Origin: Takakia lepidozioides
Lineage: Eukaryota > Plantae > Bryophyta
Direction: 5' to 3'
DNA length: 64,000 bases
Assembly (NCBI GenBank): GCA_030704615.1
Contig: CM060731.1
Location: 43,958,001-44,022,000 of the forward strand
Both the position numbers and the translations under genes were made by a program. The first letter of the stretch is position 1. Each line of letters begins with the position of its first letter. The notes under the pieces were generated by a model. It was not told the origin of the DNA. It saw nothing but the letters and a program-made list of their open reading frames with translations, and did not search any database. This document shows positions 12,190 through 33,272 of the stretch, one piece after another.

Positions 12190-14200
12190 ATATATGTGAA
12201 AGTGGGTTGTCCAGCCACAGAAATTGAATGCGAAGTGTTTTCTAAAATGCCTGAACGAGATATCTTTACATGGAATATAATGATGGCAGGATATGCCAAG
12301 CATGGCTGTGGTAAGGAGGCCTACGAGATTATGAGCAAATGATACGGGAAGGGGTGGTGCCCAACACGGTCACGTTCACCTGTGTTCTCAATACATGTGC
12401 CAGCCTGGCAGCCCTGAAGAAGGGCAGAGAGGTCCACAATGACATCATCATAGCCGGATTTGTGCCAGACATCATTCTGGAGACTGTCCTTGCTGACATG
12501 TATGCTAAATGTGGGAGCATGAAGGATGCACGTCAAGTGTTTGAAACCATGGCTAAGCGAAATGTGGTCTCATAGAATGCAATGATCTTAGGATATTCTC
12601 AGCATGGATGTGGTATGGAGGCCCTGGAACTATTTGAACAAATGCAACAGGAAGGTTTGAAGCCAAACGTGTCCTCATGGAATGCAATGATAGTAGGACA
12701 TGCTCAGCATGGGCATGGTAGAGAGGCTTTGGCAATGTATGGAGAGATGATTCGGGAAGGTGTGATGCCTGACAGGGTCACATTCATTTGTGTGCTCAAG
12801 GCATGTGCCAGCTTGGCAGCCCTGGAGAAGGGCAAAGAGGTCCATGCTAACATCATCAAAGCTGGAATTGTGCCAGATATCATCCTCGAGACTGCCCTTG
12901 TGGACATGTATGCCAAATGCGGGGGCTTGAAGGATGCACGCCACGTGTTTGACAATATGGCTGCCCGGAATGTCGTCACATGGAATGTGATGAGCACAGG
13001 ATATGCTCAGTTTGGGTGTGACGTTGAGGTTCTGGCAATGTATGAGCAAATGATGACACCCGACAACATGACATTCACTTGCGTTCTGAATGCGTGTGCC
13101 AGCCTGGCCACCTTGGGAAAGGGCAAAGAGGTTCATGCTGACATCATCAAAACTGGTCTCCCCTCGTCTATAAATTTGGATAATGCCCTTGTTGACATGT
13201 ATGCCAAATGTGGGAACCATGAGGATGCACGTCAAGTGTTTGACAATATGGCTGAGCGTAATGTGGTCTCATGGAATTCGATCATAGCTGGATATGCTCA
13301 GCATGGGTGTGGTAGGGAGGCTGTTGTGACCTACGAGGAAATGATTCGACAAGGGCTCACACCAGACGAGATCACTTTCACCTGCATTCTCAAGGCGTGT
13401 GCCAGCCTGGCAGCCCTGGGAAAGGGCAAAAACGCTCATGCCGACATCGTCAAAGCTGGATTTCGGTCAAATATTATTCTGGAGACTGCCCTTGCTGACA
13501 TGTATGCCAAATGTGGGAGCATGACGGATGCTCATCAAGTGTTTGACAATATGGCTCAGCGGAATGTGGTCTCATGTCCAGAACACCATCATTGCAGGAT
13601 ATGCTCAGCACGGGTGTGGTAGGGGGGCTTTTGAGATGTATGAGCAAATGATTAGGGAAGGGGTGACGCCTGATGAAGTAACATTCATGTGGGTTCTCAA
13701 TGCTTGTGCCATCCTGGCAGCTCTGGAGAAGGGCAAAGAGGTCCATGCTCACATTATCAAAGCTCGATTGGTGCGAGACGACCCTTGCTGACATGTATGC
13801 CAAATGTGGGAGCATGAAGGACGCATGTTAAGTGTTTGACAACATGGCTCAACAAAATGTGGTCACATGGAACGTGATCACTGTAGGTTATGCTCAGCAT
13901 GGGTGTGCTATGGAAGCCCTTCGAGGATTTGAGCAAATGCAACTGGAAGGGTTGAAGCTGGACAGTATCACCTTTATATGTCTTCTCTCTGCATGGCAAT
14001 TGGATGAAGCAGAGAATTTTATCAGCAAAATGCCAATTGAACCAGATGCTATGGTGTGGCGGGCCTTGCTTGGTGCCTGTAGAATCTATGGCAACCTTCA
14101 GGTGGCAGAACGCGTGGCAAAATCCCTTCTCAAGTGCCATCCAATGGACACTGTAGCTGATATGGTGCAGATTGAGGACGATTGGGTGCTCAGAGGGTGA
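12190..14200 (+). pseudogene. PLS-E class pentatricopeptide repeat (organellar RNA-editing factor type) pseudogene
   Basis: Repeated P-L-S triplets (WN.MI.GYAQHG.G.EA; TF.CVL.ACASLAAL.KGKEVHA.IIK.G; LETALVDMYAKCG...DAR.VFDNM). E-region LDEAENFISKMPIEPDAMVWRALLGACRIYGN. Lesions: TGG>TAG at 12573, frameshifts near 12325, 13578 and 13775, and a stop near 13829. No DYW domain follows. Confidence 0.92.
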
Positions 14201-15612
14201 TCCACTTTGGAGTGGCCGGGGAACATCCAGCATATGGATGGGTGTGGACTCATTCTCTTACTTGGAACAAGAGTGCGAAAGGTTCGAGTGCCCCATGGGT
14301 AATCAGGTGACTCACTGGCCACCTTTATGGATGAATGTTTATTGTGGATGAAACTACTTGGTGGATCATCCTGCAGTTGACCAAACTCAGTGTATTGCCC
14401 CTCAAAATCTAGAGAGGCTACTCGAAGATTCCCCAAATCTCTCCGCCACCTTTTGGTGCTCCCAGTCTCTATTTTGTGTACACTTGTATGAAATCCATAT
14501 CCTTCGTGGACTTCTGTCACAAGGCTCAGGGGCAGACTAGTGAGTATATCAGGATTATCCCTTCCTATTGCTGTTCTTTTCCTTGTGGAGCTTCCCATGG
14601 ATGTTATGAAGTTTCTTTCTTGCTTTGTTGACCGGTAGGTGAGCTGAGATTTTTCCACTGTATCTAAGCAAAATGGATATGTCTTTGAGGGGTGCTGTAG
14701 TTTCAGAATTCAAAGAAAGAGCTCATTCTCACAATCAAAAGTATCCCTTCTCCCCTCTCCAAGTGCCCTCAATGTAGATGTTAACAAAGCTATGGCAAAA
14801 CATAGGCCCATGCATATAGATGTACACATATGAGATAATCAATGTCCATTAGAGCTATCAATTGCGCACTCTGAGTGCTGTCAAATTACTCACAGCCATA
14901 ATACCTCCTTACATCCTTTTGATGGGATTTTTGTATGTCCCACCACAATTGCAAATGCAATCATTTTGTGACTTACACTTGAATTTTGATTTATTGTTTC
15001 GCACTGAACTTAAGTCCCTGCTCCACTTGCAGAGGAGCCTATGGAGGGCCACCTCGCCCACAACTAAAATTGCATCATGCCCCCTTTCCCTTTGTAGGGT
15101 AAAGTATCATGATTGTCTGCAGAGGATCTCTTGGATATGCACCTAAAGAAACTGCAGTGGAGTGGAAAAACGTATAACTCTACGGTAATGTAGAGACAGA
15201 ATTGCGCAGACACTTATATGCCCTGGATGACATTATAATTGGCTGTTAGCAAGCGAAGGCCTTCTCAGTGATGCTTATAAGCGTACATTAGCATCCATGG
15301 AAGATGGTTCGTCCATTGAAGATGGTAGTAGGAAGAGGAGCATCAAAGTGTGAGCCAAGGGAGTCAAAAGGACTATGCTAGTGTCCAAGAATAACAACTC
15401 TACCTTAGTGAGATGTACTTCCTGGCTGGTCTTAGATCTCCTGCTTGTTCGTGTCTCAAATGGCCAAAAGTGGAGGTAATAGCTCGAACTGGGTTGAATT
15501 CTTTGCCCTGTAGCCGCCTTGTCTGAACAAGCGTTTCTGTTGGGAATGCTGATCTTATTTAGTAAACAGTTTCTGTCTGATTTCATTGCGAGTACATGTG
15601 GTTGTGGTGTAG

Positions 15613-16134
15613 GTGGGGTGTGAGAGCACAGTGGAAGATCTAATGGAGGAGCCAGTCCAGCAGATGATACATGGAGAGGGCTACAGACCCCTTCCAGTCA
15701 GAAGTTGGAAGCGATGCCCTTTTATCCAGGCTTCAAGAAGGTCAGAGTTTCGTCCCATCCCGGCCAATGTCTCACCCGAGATCAGGCGACTACCAGAGAA
15801 TATCCGAACATCCCTCACGGGCTGCAAGTCGTTCCAGCCCCCACAGATTGCTGAGTATAACAATCTCTTACGGCGCGATGGAAAGCTAGTGAGTGGAATC
15901 GACAAGGTGGTGGCGCGGTGTAAGACAAAGCCCGGAAGACTGTACCATAAGTTTGATTCTCTTTGTGCACTAGCAACCTCCAAGGCCGGCAGGCTCTTGC
16001 TGATTCAGCACCGCGATCTCAATCATGTGTTCTATGCTCTGTGCTTCCATCCTATGCACAAGCTGTACAATGAAATGCTGGACAAGTACGAGCGTCGATG
16101 GAGCGCTGTTTTTGACTCCTATGGAAAGCCCTGA
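15613..16134 (+). CDS. Hypothetical protein (173-codon open frame, possibly a terminal exon)
   Basis: Long stop-free frame with protein-like composition, directly after a TAG acceptor (GTGTAG|GTG). First ATG at ~15643. No recognised family. Confidence 0.4.
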   Translation: MGCESTVEDLMEEPVQQMIHGEGYRPLPVRSWKRCPFIQASRRSEFRPIPANVSPEIRRLPENIRTSLTGCKSFQPPQIAEYNNLLRRDGKLVSGIDKVVARCKTKPGRLYHKFDSLCALATSKAGRLLLIQHRDLNHVFYALCFHPMHKLYNEMLDKYERRWSAVFDSYGKP

Positions 16135-17871
16135 GATGGAGTCTGGAAGGTGGCTAGGAATGGAAATTAGGCGCTTGGATCTTTCTCTCCTCTAAGCTCT
16201 ATGAGCTTTCCGCGGACGTTATAAAGTACCATTTCATTCATTTCTCCTCTCAAGCAAAATCAGGTTAAACTGAAATCTTCAGTTCTATCAGGCTGCAAAG
16301 AGCCAACTTCCAAGTTGGGTTCGCCAGAAGCAGAACTGACAATCCACATTGTGCCCCAGACATATTTCTAGCCCAGTCACAGCACGCGGACCTACACATT
16401 GAGGCGCCAGAACATCAGGATTGCTCAAGCGCAGGAATTCTACTCTTCCCTGCACAGTCATAGAGCTTTTTGTTTATGGTTTAAATTTTGGTTGTTAAGA
16501 AGCTAGAGGTTCAAGACTATTAGAACAGCCAGTTCCGTTGAAACTCTGGCATTCTTCGCGAGATACCCATAGCTTGAGAACAGTGCAGTAAACAGGACGG
16601 ACGTTATAAAGTACCATTTCCATTCTCTCTCCTTTCACCCAGTTCTGCGTCTCCCGAGTGCATTGTCTCCTTCCACCTGTTTCTTCCTTCTCCCTGTGGC
16701 ATGCCGTAAGCTCCTTTCCTCCAAGTTTTCTTCACGTTTTCATGCAGCGATGTAGGTCTGCTTGTCTAGAAAATCCTTTCTATGTGATGAGGTCTTGTCC
16801 CCATTGAAAGCTGTTTGGAGCTTCCCATAGATGTTTTTGGTTCCTATTTGTCGTTCATTCAGAGAGTGCAGGCGATCCTGTTCCACGACTTCCGTCTAGA
16901 ATTATTCCACACCGACTTTTGCTTCCTTGGGAGGCTCTCCTTCCCCACACTTTGTACCACGTCGACTTCGACCTCGTCTAAGTACAAGGCTACTTTTGTT
17001 GGGCTTCAGTGGATTGTGTATTCGTGAAAATCTGTCAAGAATCAAAACTCAGCTCTGCGTTGACAGTCCTTTGGTGCAAGCATTCGTGTGCACCATACCC
17101 TTCTCAGCACTAGACATACAGCAGCATTCACACACAAGTAAACAAGCAACAGACAAAGGGAAACTGACACCCATTCCCATTGCGGTTTGTGCCCCACGGA
17201 CATGTATGCCCCCCATCATCTCAGTGCTTGTCAACACTGCGGGTTCAAATCCACATTCTCATCGTGGCTCTCCAGTCTCAAGACGCTTAAGCATTACGGG
17301 CATGCCCACATCGATACACATTGCCCTCACCACCAAGAATGAATCGCCCTTCCGTGCTCAATTTCCATTCACTTGACTGAGTTTCAAGACCGAAGAAGTG
17401 GGTAGATCAGCGGGTAGCCGATCTCAACTGTCAAGGTCTTGTTCCCTTTGGCCATAACCTCTTCTCTCTCTGGGCCGACAGAGCAGAATTTTATTAGTGA
17501 TTTCAGGACTATCTGTACGGGAAACTGGTTGAAAACATTGGAGATGAGTTTGAGGGAATCATTGAAGAGTTTCGAGGATAATCATAGACAGCAGTGTATC
17601 ATTGAAGGATAATTCAGATTGAATCTCCACAGATCATCCACAGACACTTCAGAGACTTTTCATCACTGTTGTAAATCTGAGACATCAGAGATTGAATCTT
17701 CAGGACGGATTGGATTTCGCTTGCCTTGTAAAAACACTCCTGGAAATTGAATGGGAGGTGGCAGTTTGACAACATGATGTAGAAAATAAGACACCTTAGC
17801 AGACAGAATTACTAACCAATTTCAGTCGGAAATAATCGTGGAGGAAGTTTGAAATTGAAGACTTTCAGTCT

Positions 17872-17941
17872 AAGAAGAAGAAGAAGAAGAAGAAGAATTT
17901 TCTTACGTCCACGGGAGAGGGAGAGGGAGAGGGAGAGGGAG
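17872..17941. repeat. (GAA)8 and (GGGAGA)5 microsatellites
   Basis: Directly visible in the sequence. Confidence 0.95.
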
Positions 17942-18376
17942 CACAATTGATAGCATTCAAGGGTCCTCGTCATGTCGGCCACAACTGGCCTCGACAGTAT
18001 GTCTGTTGCTCCGCGCCTCAGTCGGGCCGTACAGAAGCTAGAGCGATGGGCCCTTCACAAACGGAGGTGTTAAATCCCGCTCCTTTTTTCATTTTCATGT
18101 CCGTTTTCGTATATCTCGAATGGAATTGTTTGCTGAATGTGAGAAGAAGCTTTCACATTGATCTGTAACCAGTGCAACCATAATCATTTCAAAGTTAATG
18201 ATTAGACAAACGTGGCCCGGATCTAGTTTACTCTCCTTACATATGCAGCCTGATAATACTCCGTGGTGTTGGGTTCCGCTTCTGCACCTGTCTGATTGTG
18301 TCCTTTTTTGCTGGATATTGATGAGTTTGTTTTTCAAGGCAAGAGTAGAAAGTAAGTATTGATCTTGGGATGCCAG

Positions 18377-25674
<7,298 letters not shown>

Positions 25675-26193
25675 CTTTTGATATGGAGTACTACCTGCTT
25701 GCTCAGGATTGTAACTGTACCCAACTTAGTGATCCAGCACCTTATGCTGTATGGGAGGCAGCTTGTGAACAATTTGTAGGAACTGCAGATAATCATAAAA
25801 ACACACAGAAGTGGATCTGACTCCACCGCAAGTGTCTCCATGCATGTTTGTGTCGTCAAAGCTCAACCCTTTCTACTCGTGCTCATTGAAGCCTGCAAAG
25901 TGTGATGGAAGTAGTCTTGCAAGAAGCAACAAACCGAAAGCCTTGGGAACGCACCAGTTTACAAATAACCAAAATCTCTGTAGCTTCACGATAACCATGT
26001 TCATCGCTGTTTACACCGAGGCCCACATTTCCGTCCAAATCCTAAGCCCTGAACCCTGGCCCTAAATGCCTGGGATTATTAGCTATGGCGGTAGTTGGGT
26101 TGTGAAGAGAGTGTGTAGAGAAGGGGGCTCTGGAGAAGCTGGACTGGCTCTTTCCCTCTCCTCATAGAAGTGCAGGATTTTAAAGATGAAGGC

Positions 26194-29100
26194 ATGGCTT
26201 TGAAGTCCGCACAGCAGTCCATGGTCCTTGTACGCCACTCTTGGTGCTTGATCCCGCATCTCTCATCCCTCACAAGTTTAAAGCCCGGGAAATTTTTGCA
26301 TGGGTCCCGTGTGAAGGAATCCAGAATGGAGCTCCTGGCGCTGGAAGCTGTGCCATTTTTAACTCGGCCACCATCCATGCCCCTTCTTTCCCCGATCTTC
26401 GGACTTGCCAGACCCACATGGAGTCATTGTGCCATGCTGTCTGTGAAGAAACTGTATTCAACTTCATTCAAAGGATTCACGCTGAAGGCTGTTCCTTCGG
26501 GTGGGCGGAAAGTGCAGGGTCTTGCGCTTAGTAAACGCATAGCTAATACAGCGACGAAAAATTCACTGGAGGTAGACTCATTTCTTGCGGACCCGAGTAT
26601 CACATGGAGATCGCTGGGGCTCTCAAAACAGATTGCGGATGCCTTGGAACGGGCAGAGCTACAACATCCATCTTTGGTACAGGTACTTTCTTCTAACTTC
26701 CTACTTCCTTTCCTGTTTGTCCGAGTAACAATTCTTTGTCTACCTTAAGCATCTGCATGACGGGTGATAGACTCCCCTGCGTTAACTGTCATGATTGTGT
26801 CGTGCATGAAGTCAACCCTGCTAATAGTAAAACTCCAGGTCTCAGGGTGTTCGTTTCTTGAAGCATGTGCTTGTTTACTTTTAGTCGTCACACACACCTA
26901 CAGATCCTCCAGTGTTTAGAGTAGGAATTTGGGAGCAGGCCCATTCATTCTAAGTGCAAGGCTTAAGCTCAGAGTTACTGATCTGCAAATAAGGGGCAAC
27001 CAGATGCGCAAAATGACAACTGGATTAGATATGTAGGCCTCCCAAAGTTAACAGATTTTGGGTAGACTCCAATCGTAGTCTCCTGGTGGGCAATTTCACA
27101 GGCGGTGTCAATCCCGTTGATCTTATCAACTGGAGATGTAATAGTGGCAGCGGAGACTGGCAGTGGGAAAACACATGCCTATCTGGCCCCCATCTTCCAC
27201 AAGCTCCACGATTTGCAGCAGGCTGCAGATGATGATGAGAAGCTGAGCCCCACAGAGTTTGGTAGAAGGCGCCACAAGTTCGCCCTAGTGCTCTGCCCCA
27301 ATGCCACACTGTGCCAGCAGGCTGCTGACATGGCAAATGCACTGCAAAACAGTGCTGGAGATCCCTTGTTGCAGGTAGCAGTTATTTGTGGAGGCAAGGT
27401 GAGGGGCATCCTTCCTCTCTCCCCTGCTTACATGCATGTAGCAGTCCGCTTGTGTGCAACATTGGGGGTTCGATTTGTTCTTTGGTTTCAATGGTTTTAC
27501 AATGTTGTTCTACTGTGTGCCGTAGGCCTGCTGTGCCTCTGGTGGACATATTACATCATTTTATCTTTTCTTTGTTTCTTTTGTTTGGGACACCTATGAA
27601 GCTTAATAATTTCTGACCAGAAAGGTCGGTTTGAAGAGATCTATTGGCAGATCCATTTAGGGCTTGATTTGGCATGTAGTTTGACTGACTGAGTGTCACA
27701 TGTTTGGTGAACAGGGCTGGCCCATTTATCCACCAGATCTGGTGGTAGCAACTCCAGCAGCACTGGTAAACAACCTATTTGCATTTGATCCTAGGCGACG
27801 CCGCCGCAGTGCTTTTGTTCGGGATTTGGTGTTTGTGGTAGGTTCTCTCTCCCTCTCTCTCTAACTCTCTCTTGGGTGTATGCCCTTAAGGCTACGGCAA
27901 ACACCGCCTTATGAGTACATTCGCTCTCTAACTCATGTTTTTTGAATCTGAAATATAAAGGTGGTGCTACAACCAAACTATCGCCACATGGTACAAGGAA
28001 GTGCAGTAAGTACATCTATGGCTTTAGAAGCTTCTTTGGAGAAGTGGATTAGTGGTCAAATGTAAGCCTGATTGGTCGCCATGACAAGATCCAAGCAAAT
28101 TGGATTACACATTGTAGAAATTTGAATGGCGAATGCCTTGGGATTTTTTTTGTGGTACTGAATGATCCTACACCTTTATATTTCTTGTGACAAAAAAGGG
28201 CAGGTATTTGATGAGGCAGACATGCTACTCGGGGGAGGTTTTGTACGGGAAGTTGGGCGCCTTATAGACATTCTCCGGTTGGAAGAGAAACAGCTGTCAA
28301 GGGCATGGGAGTTAGAGAAGGTTCAAGGGACAAGGAAGGTTCAGGGAGAATACCAACCTTGGACTGACTTCCTTCCAGCAGAGGGAGAAGAAAGCGATGA
28401 GAATTCTGAGGTAGAAGGAGGGGCCTCCGGCTGGTCAGAAGCCCTTGATGATGAGCCCAGTTGTTCTGGAGGTTGAACTTCTCTCTCTTTGTTCCTCTCC
28501 CTCTTGTGTACCATAGCCAACCTTCTAACCTGTATCGAGGAGTATGCTGGATCCTTGCAGATGATAGATGATCTGAAGTCTATGGGTTGCAAATGCAGCT
28601 TTTTAAAGTAAGTGCTTTAAACAAAACAGAACAAGAAGTGTGACTCAGTGGTACCTGCTTGCTTAACTCCTAAAGGCCCAATTGACCCGTTTTTGGTCGA
28701 TGGCCATCATTTTAACCGTGTGCAGCTTCTTGTTAGTTTGCTTTGTGGTATCTCAACTCAGTAACATACCTGCTGGTAGTAAACATCATCAGTGAAGACA
28801 GTAGGCACATCAGAGAATATGACGATTGTAGTGGTTCGAATGTGGCAAATGTGTACAGATATCAATGAAATGGTTCACGGCCCTGGGAAGCAGGGGGAAT
28901 TGGACAGAAGGGTTGCTTGGCTGAGGGCTAAAAAGCAATACAAGAGGAGTAAGCAGTACGTATTTGTGGCAGCCACTCTCCCTCAAAGTGGAAAGAGGAC
29001 ACCTGGGGCAGTCCTGAAGCAGAAGTTTCCTGAAGCCAGCTGGGTAAATGGCCGCCTACTCCATCGCCATAATCCAAGGTTTGTCCCTCACTCCTCTTGT

Positions 29101-31818
29101 CTGAGAGATTTCAATCCTAAGGATCATCAAGACATTATTTCCTTTTGTTTTCTGCCAAATGGGGTTTCCTGGTTGTGGAAATAATTTCGAGTAGCACCCC
29201 CAAGTTTTAGTAGAAGCCTAGATCACCATATACTAGTCATACTTTGTGTGGCACTCATGCGTATATCTGACTTTCAGGCTAGAGCAGCACTGGGTGGAGG
29301 TGACGGAGGACACTCGGATTCCATCTCTCTTGGCAGCTGTCTCAGAGCATGGAATTGTCTCGGACGATTCTGGCACACAGAGTTTAAGGACCATGGTCTT
29401 TGCAAACAGTGTGGAAACTGTCGATGCTGTTGGGCGTGTGCTGGAGAGAGCAGGGGTAAAATGCATGCGCTACCATAGAGACCTCTCATCGGAAGAGCGA
29501 GGGGAGGCATTGCAAGTGTTTGAGCAGCATGGGGGTGTGTTGGTCTGCACCGACTCTGCTGCACGTGGCCTTGATATACCCAACATTGGCCATGTGGTCC
29601 AGGTACTTTGAGCTGCTGTCTTTTCAAGGCGTTCCTTTTGTGTTCTATATTACGTATAATGTGCACTACTGGAGCAAGCCTTCTGTCATTGTCTTGGTGC
29701 CCCCCTTCTGATCTCATCCTATTTTCCTTTGACCCAAAAAGCACTTGATCTTCCTGTGGACGTCCCAGTGGTAGCGGACATCATGGTTTAGTTTTCCTGT
29801 AACTAAAGGAAAGTGGCAGAAACTCAGTACGGAAATTTGCATAGCGGTATTTCCACGAATTGGAGTGCAGTACTATTTGTAATTTAGACCCATCATCAGG
29901 AGCTGATGAAGTCAGTGGAGGGTAGTGGCAGCTTGTCATTGCCGTAGATGATGAACTTGATGGTCTGAAACTTTGTGATTGACAGCACAATGATGAGACT
30001 CCACCTTTTATGTTGTGCTAGTTTTTTTTTAAGGAAATTTTTTAAAGGAAACCTGGGAGTGAGCTAGTTTAAGTTCTAACTTGGACTTGTGCAACATCTG
30101 TTTTAGTTATGGTTTTAGAGTTCTTACACTCTACTTACAAAGATGATTCCCTTCTTTTTCCTTCGCCTCTGTCCCTTTTTTCACTCTTGTTGTCTTTCGG
30201 CCGAAAGAAATGTCTATTGAGTATATTCTGTTTTTAATCTGGGTAGCTTCTCAGGCAGCCTGCGACACTGTCAATGTGCAAGCATGGCGTTCTGTTACCT
30301 GGAAATTGAGATCTTGATCTTTTCTGACTCCTGATCACAATGATGTGAGTCATATAGCTCAAGAACACACTCTTATGGAGCTCGGTCCATCATTCTCATG
30401 CATGGTCGTTGGCCTCTACATTAACAGTCGTTCACTATAACCAGACTGTGTGCCTGCAGAGTCTATGTATTAGGTAAAGTCCTACAACGAGGGCTTTACA
30501 CGATTCAAGATTTCATAACCCCGAGGGCGTGGGAATCTTGATTCGCGTAAAGCCCTCGTTGCAGGACTTTAACTCACGTAAAAAGAAAACTACCTGCCTA
30601 TCTGCCCGTAATCTGAGATTACGGGCCCCAGTCCATGGGCTCCACGGCGTAACAGGACAAGCGGGATTTTATGCTATTTAAAGCCCACCAAAACTACCGA
30701 GCTAGGTCCTTACGTGTTCAGTAATGGTATGTTTGTAGGGAACAGTCAGAATGTCTCTCTAATTGTGTCCTCTGGCCTCCCCTTGGACGTCATAAATTCT
30801 TGCTTCTTTCTCTCCTCCACCCTCTCCCTAAAGTTTAAACCCTGGTGGGTGCGAACCCCACAAGGCTCTGGGAGGGTTAGTTTCCCATGGGGTCAATGGC
30901 CCGAAGGCTGTGAAAAGCTAATGGTTGCAGGGAAGGGCAGGAGTACATTCTCTCTAACGTGTCTTTCTTTGTAAAAGTTCTATTTGATCGCATCAGAAGT
31001 CCCAGCAGTCAGATCATAGGATGCCAAGATTTATGTCATTTAGAGGCTGATTGGTGTATGTTGCCTGCATGTAACAAGGCGGAGTTTGCATCGTCTGCAG
31101 TTGAGTTTCTTCACAGAATAGGTCGCACAGCCAGAGCAGGGAAACCGGGAAAGGTGACTAGCCTCTTTACAGCAGCCAATCGACCTCTTGTTGACGCAGT
31201 GCGGCAGGCAGCGACCGTGGTATACTTCCTCAACCCTAAGTTATACTGGCTGCAGTTCCAGTAGAGCACAAATATCCCGGAGCAATCTGGGATGGCCATC
31301 TGCAACCTCAGCAATCAAATTATGTGCTCTCGCCTAAAAATTGTCAAGATTTTTGTTTTCAGGCAGGCCTGATTTCGTAGAAATCTGCAAATGGTCTGCA
31401 TGAAAGCAAGCTGTACTGCAGACAGGCACAGATATTTACAGGATGTTTATTCCTTTTCAGGAGGGAGCATTCAGCCGTAAGAGAAGTTTCCGGAACAAGA
31501 TAAAAAAATATGGCACTAATCAAGGTATGTGCTTTTGTATCCTGTGTCTGTTGGGAGTGCTTAGTAAGGGACTGGTGTAGGTACTTATCGATTGAAACCT
31601 CATGCTTTAGACAAAAAGTTGTGATCAAGTATCATTTGAGTTGAGTGCCTAGGATTGTTACGTCTCTGTAGGAAACTCTAAGAGGGCACTCAATAAGGGT
31701 ACCATAGCCAGTGTTCACATGCAATGAGCATACATCCCTCTCAGGAACCCAGCAAGAAACAATGATTGGGTTGCTGTTTGTAGGTGTGGCAAAGACTTCT
31801 GGAGCTATTTTAGAGTGA
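26194..31818 (+). CDS. RH22: DEAD-box ATP-dependent RNA helicase 22-like (plastid), about 9 exons
   Basis: Transit-like N-terminus, TWRSLGLS, PSLVQ, AETGSGKT, LCPNATLCQQ, VATPAAL, FDEADMLL, FVAATLP, MVFANS, CTDSAARGLDIP, FLHRIGRTARAG, AFSRKRSFRNK. The last small exon (31784-31818) is tentative. Confidence 0.92.
30475..30571. repeat. Near-perfect 97 bp inverted repeat (hairpin) in an RH22 intron
   Basis: TAAAGTCCTACAACGAGGGCTTTACACGATTCAAGATT pairs with AATCTTGATTCGCGTAAAGCCCTCGTTGCAGGACTTTA (38 bp, 3 mismatches). Confidence 0.9.
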
Positions 31819-32161
31819 AGCTGGCTCACAAGCACCACCAACTGGGCAGAGAGGTGTTGCATGAATTAGTGGATAGTTTTGTATAGGTTTGTTTTAGTTC
31901 TCTTTCCACAAAAGCTAGCTTGTTTGGATGTAGAGATGCAGTACTACACGGCGTTCCCTGTATTCCACGAGGTTTTTGGGTCAACATTGCCCCTACATTG
32001 TCTACATGAATCTGTCGTGGTCATATATCAGTGCACCATCTTCATTCCAATCCAAGTTTCTGTGAGTAAGCCGTTGTTTAAGATGGCAAAACCATGATTA
32101 TGAAGTATGAGTGCAAGTCATGAGGTGAGTGTATGGTGCGATAGTTCTGTTCTTTTATATA

Positions 32162-33272
32162 CTACGCTAATATGTCCATGCGGGGCTCAAAGGGGAACTC
32201 CTGAAAATTCTCACAAATGCCATGCCATGATGGTGCAAAATACCAAGAATTAGCAGCAATGTTGTGGACCAGTAATTTGGTTGCATACAGCATGAAGATG
32301 ACATCACCTTGTCCATAGGAATCAAAGTTGTATCTCATGTGGTTCATCGAGGTTGGGACTCTTTCCACGTCAAACCACTCCATATTGCTCTGATGGAGTT
32401 CCCATATGTGGATATTCTTGCAACCGGAATCTGTTGAGGTGATCTTTAATGCCAACCACCATCATGAGCCGTCCTTGGAGGTACACAATTTGTTGAAAAG
32501 CAGCGATGCTGGGTGGAACTGGCCATGGAAGTCTGAACCAGACTCTTTGATGTAGGTTATAAACCATGATGCCGAAAAAGCTACGAAGCCGACAATAGAT
32601 GCTCGAGTTGCAAACAACGATCTGTGTATCATCAAAAGCATAGGGAGGAAGACCACCAAGAACGTCTGGATTGACACGATCGAGTACTTCCCAACGGTTG
32701 GTCAAAGAGCAGTAAGCCTCTAGAGCATGTTCGTCTCGAATCCGATCAGATCCAGACCATGGATGAAGCCGGCCAAAATGGTAGATGGCATACTTCTTTT
32801 TGTTCTCCTCCACGACCATTCGATAACCAGGTCCATGGAGAGATTGGGGAGATAAATGCCTATGCGATGTCGTAAAGGGATTGCGAACTATAAGACGATC
32901 TTGCAGACCTTCCACTCGCCGTCGGACACGCGACAGAATCAACCCCTTGTCCGTCGCAAGAAAGAAAGAATTTTGCGGGAGAAAAGTATCTGGCATGCTG
33001 TACCATTTTTCGTTGGACGGCATGTACATATGAACCTGACCACCATCATCAACAATGGCAAACCAGGGCTTCTCAACTGGACTTTGAGAGAACTCTTCCA
33101 AGAATACCCGTGAATGCAGCAACCTGGTCCACCTCCTGCATACGCTTTGGAAGCGTACGAAACTGCGGAGGGGTAACAAGGCTAGAATTTTGTATGTGAT
33201 ATGGTCTGGAAGCTCACTCCACAAGGTAGGATCCATGTTGCACTCGCTGTCATCGTGGGCCCGATCTCCCAT
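32162..33272 (-). pseudogene. F-box protein with beta-propeller/kelch-like C-terminus, intronless, one frameshift near 32430-32455
   Basis: F-box MDPTLWSELPDHITYKILALLPLRSFVRFQSVCRRW, then LIVRNPFT, EAYCSLTNRW, YNL...W and GRLMMVVG. The expected IWEL...W..V.RVP ... FPFEPR C-terminus is in another frame (32162..32455). Confidence 0.8.

Noticed and set aside
12573-13831. Stops in the PPR or RT repaired by RNA editing
   Set aside because: Plant C/U editing acts on organellar RNAs, TGG>TAG is not a U-to-C target, and frameshifts co-occur.
12321-14233. Long antisense ORFs over the PPR region (and similar ones over GRP, PhzF and RH22)
   Set aside because: These are shadow frames of real coding sequence with no independent motifs.
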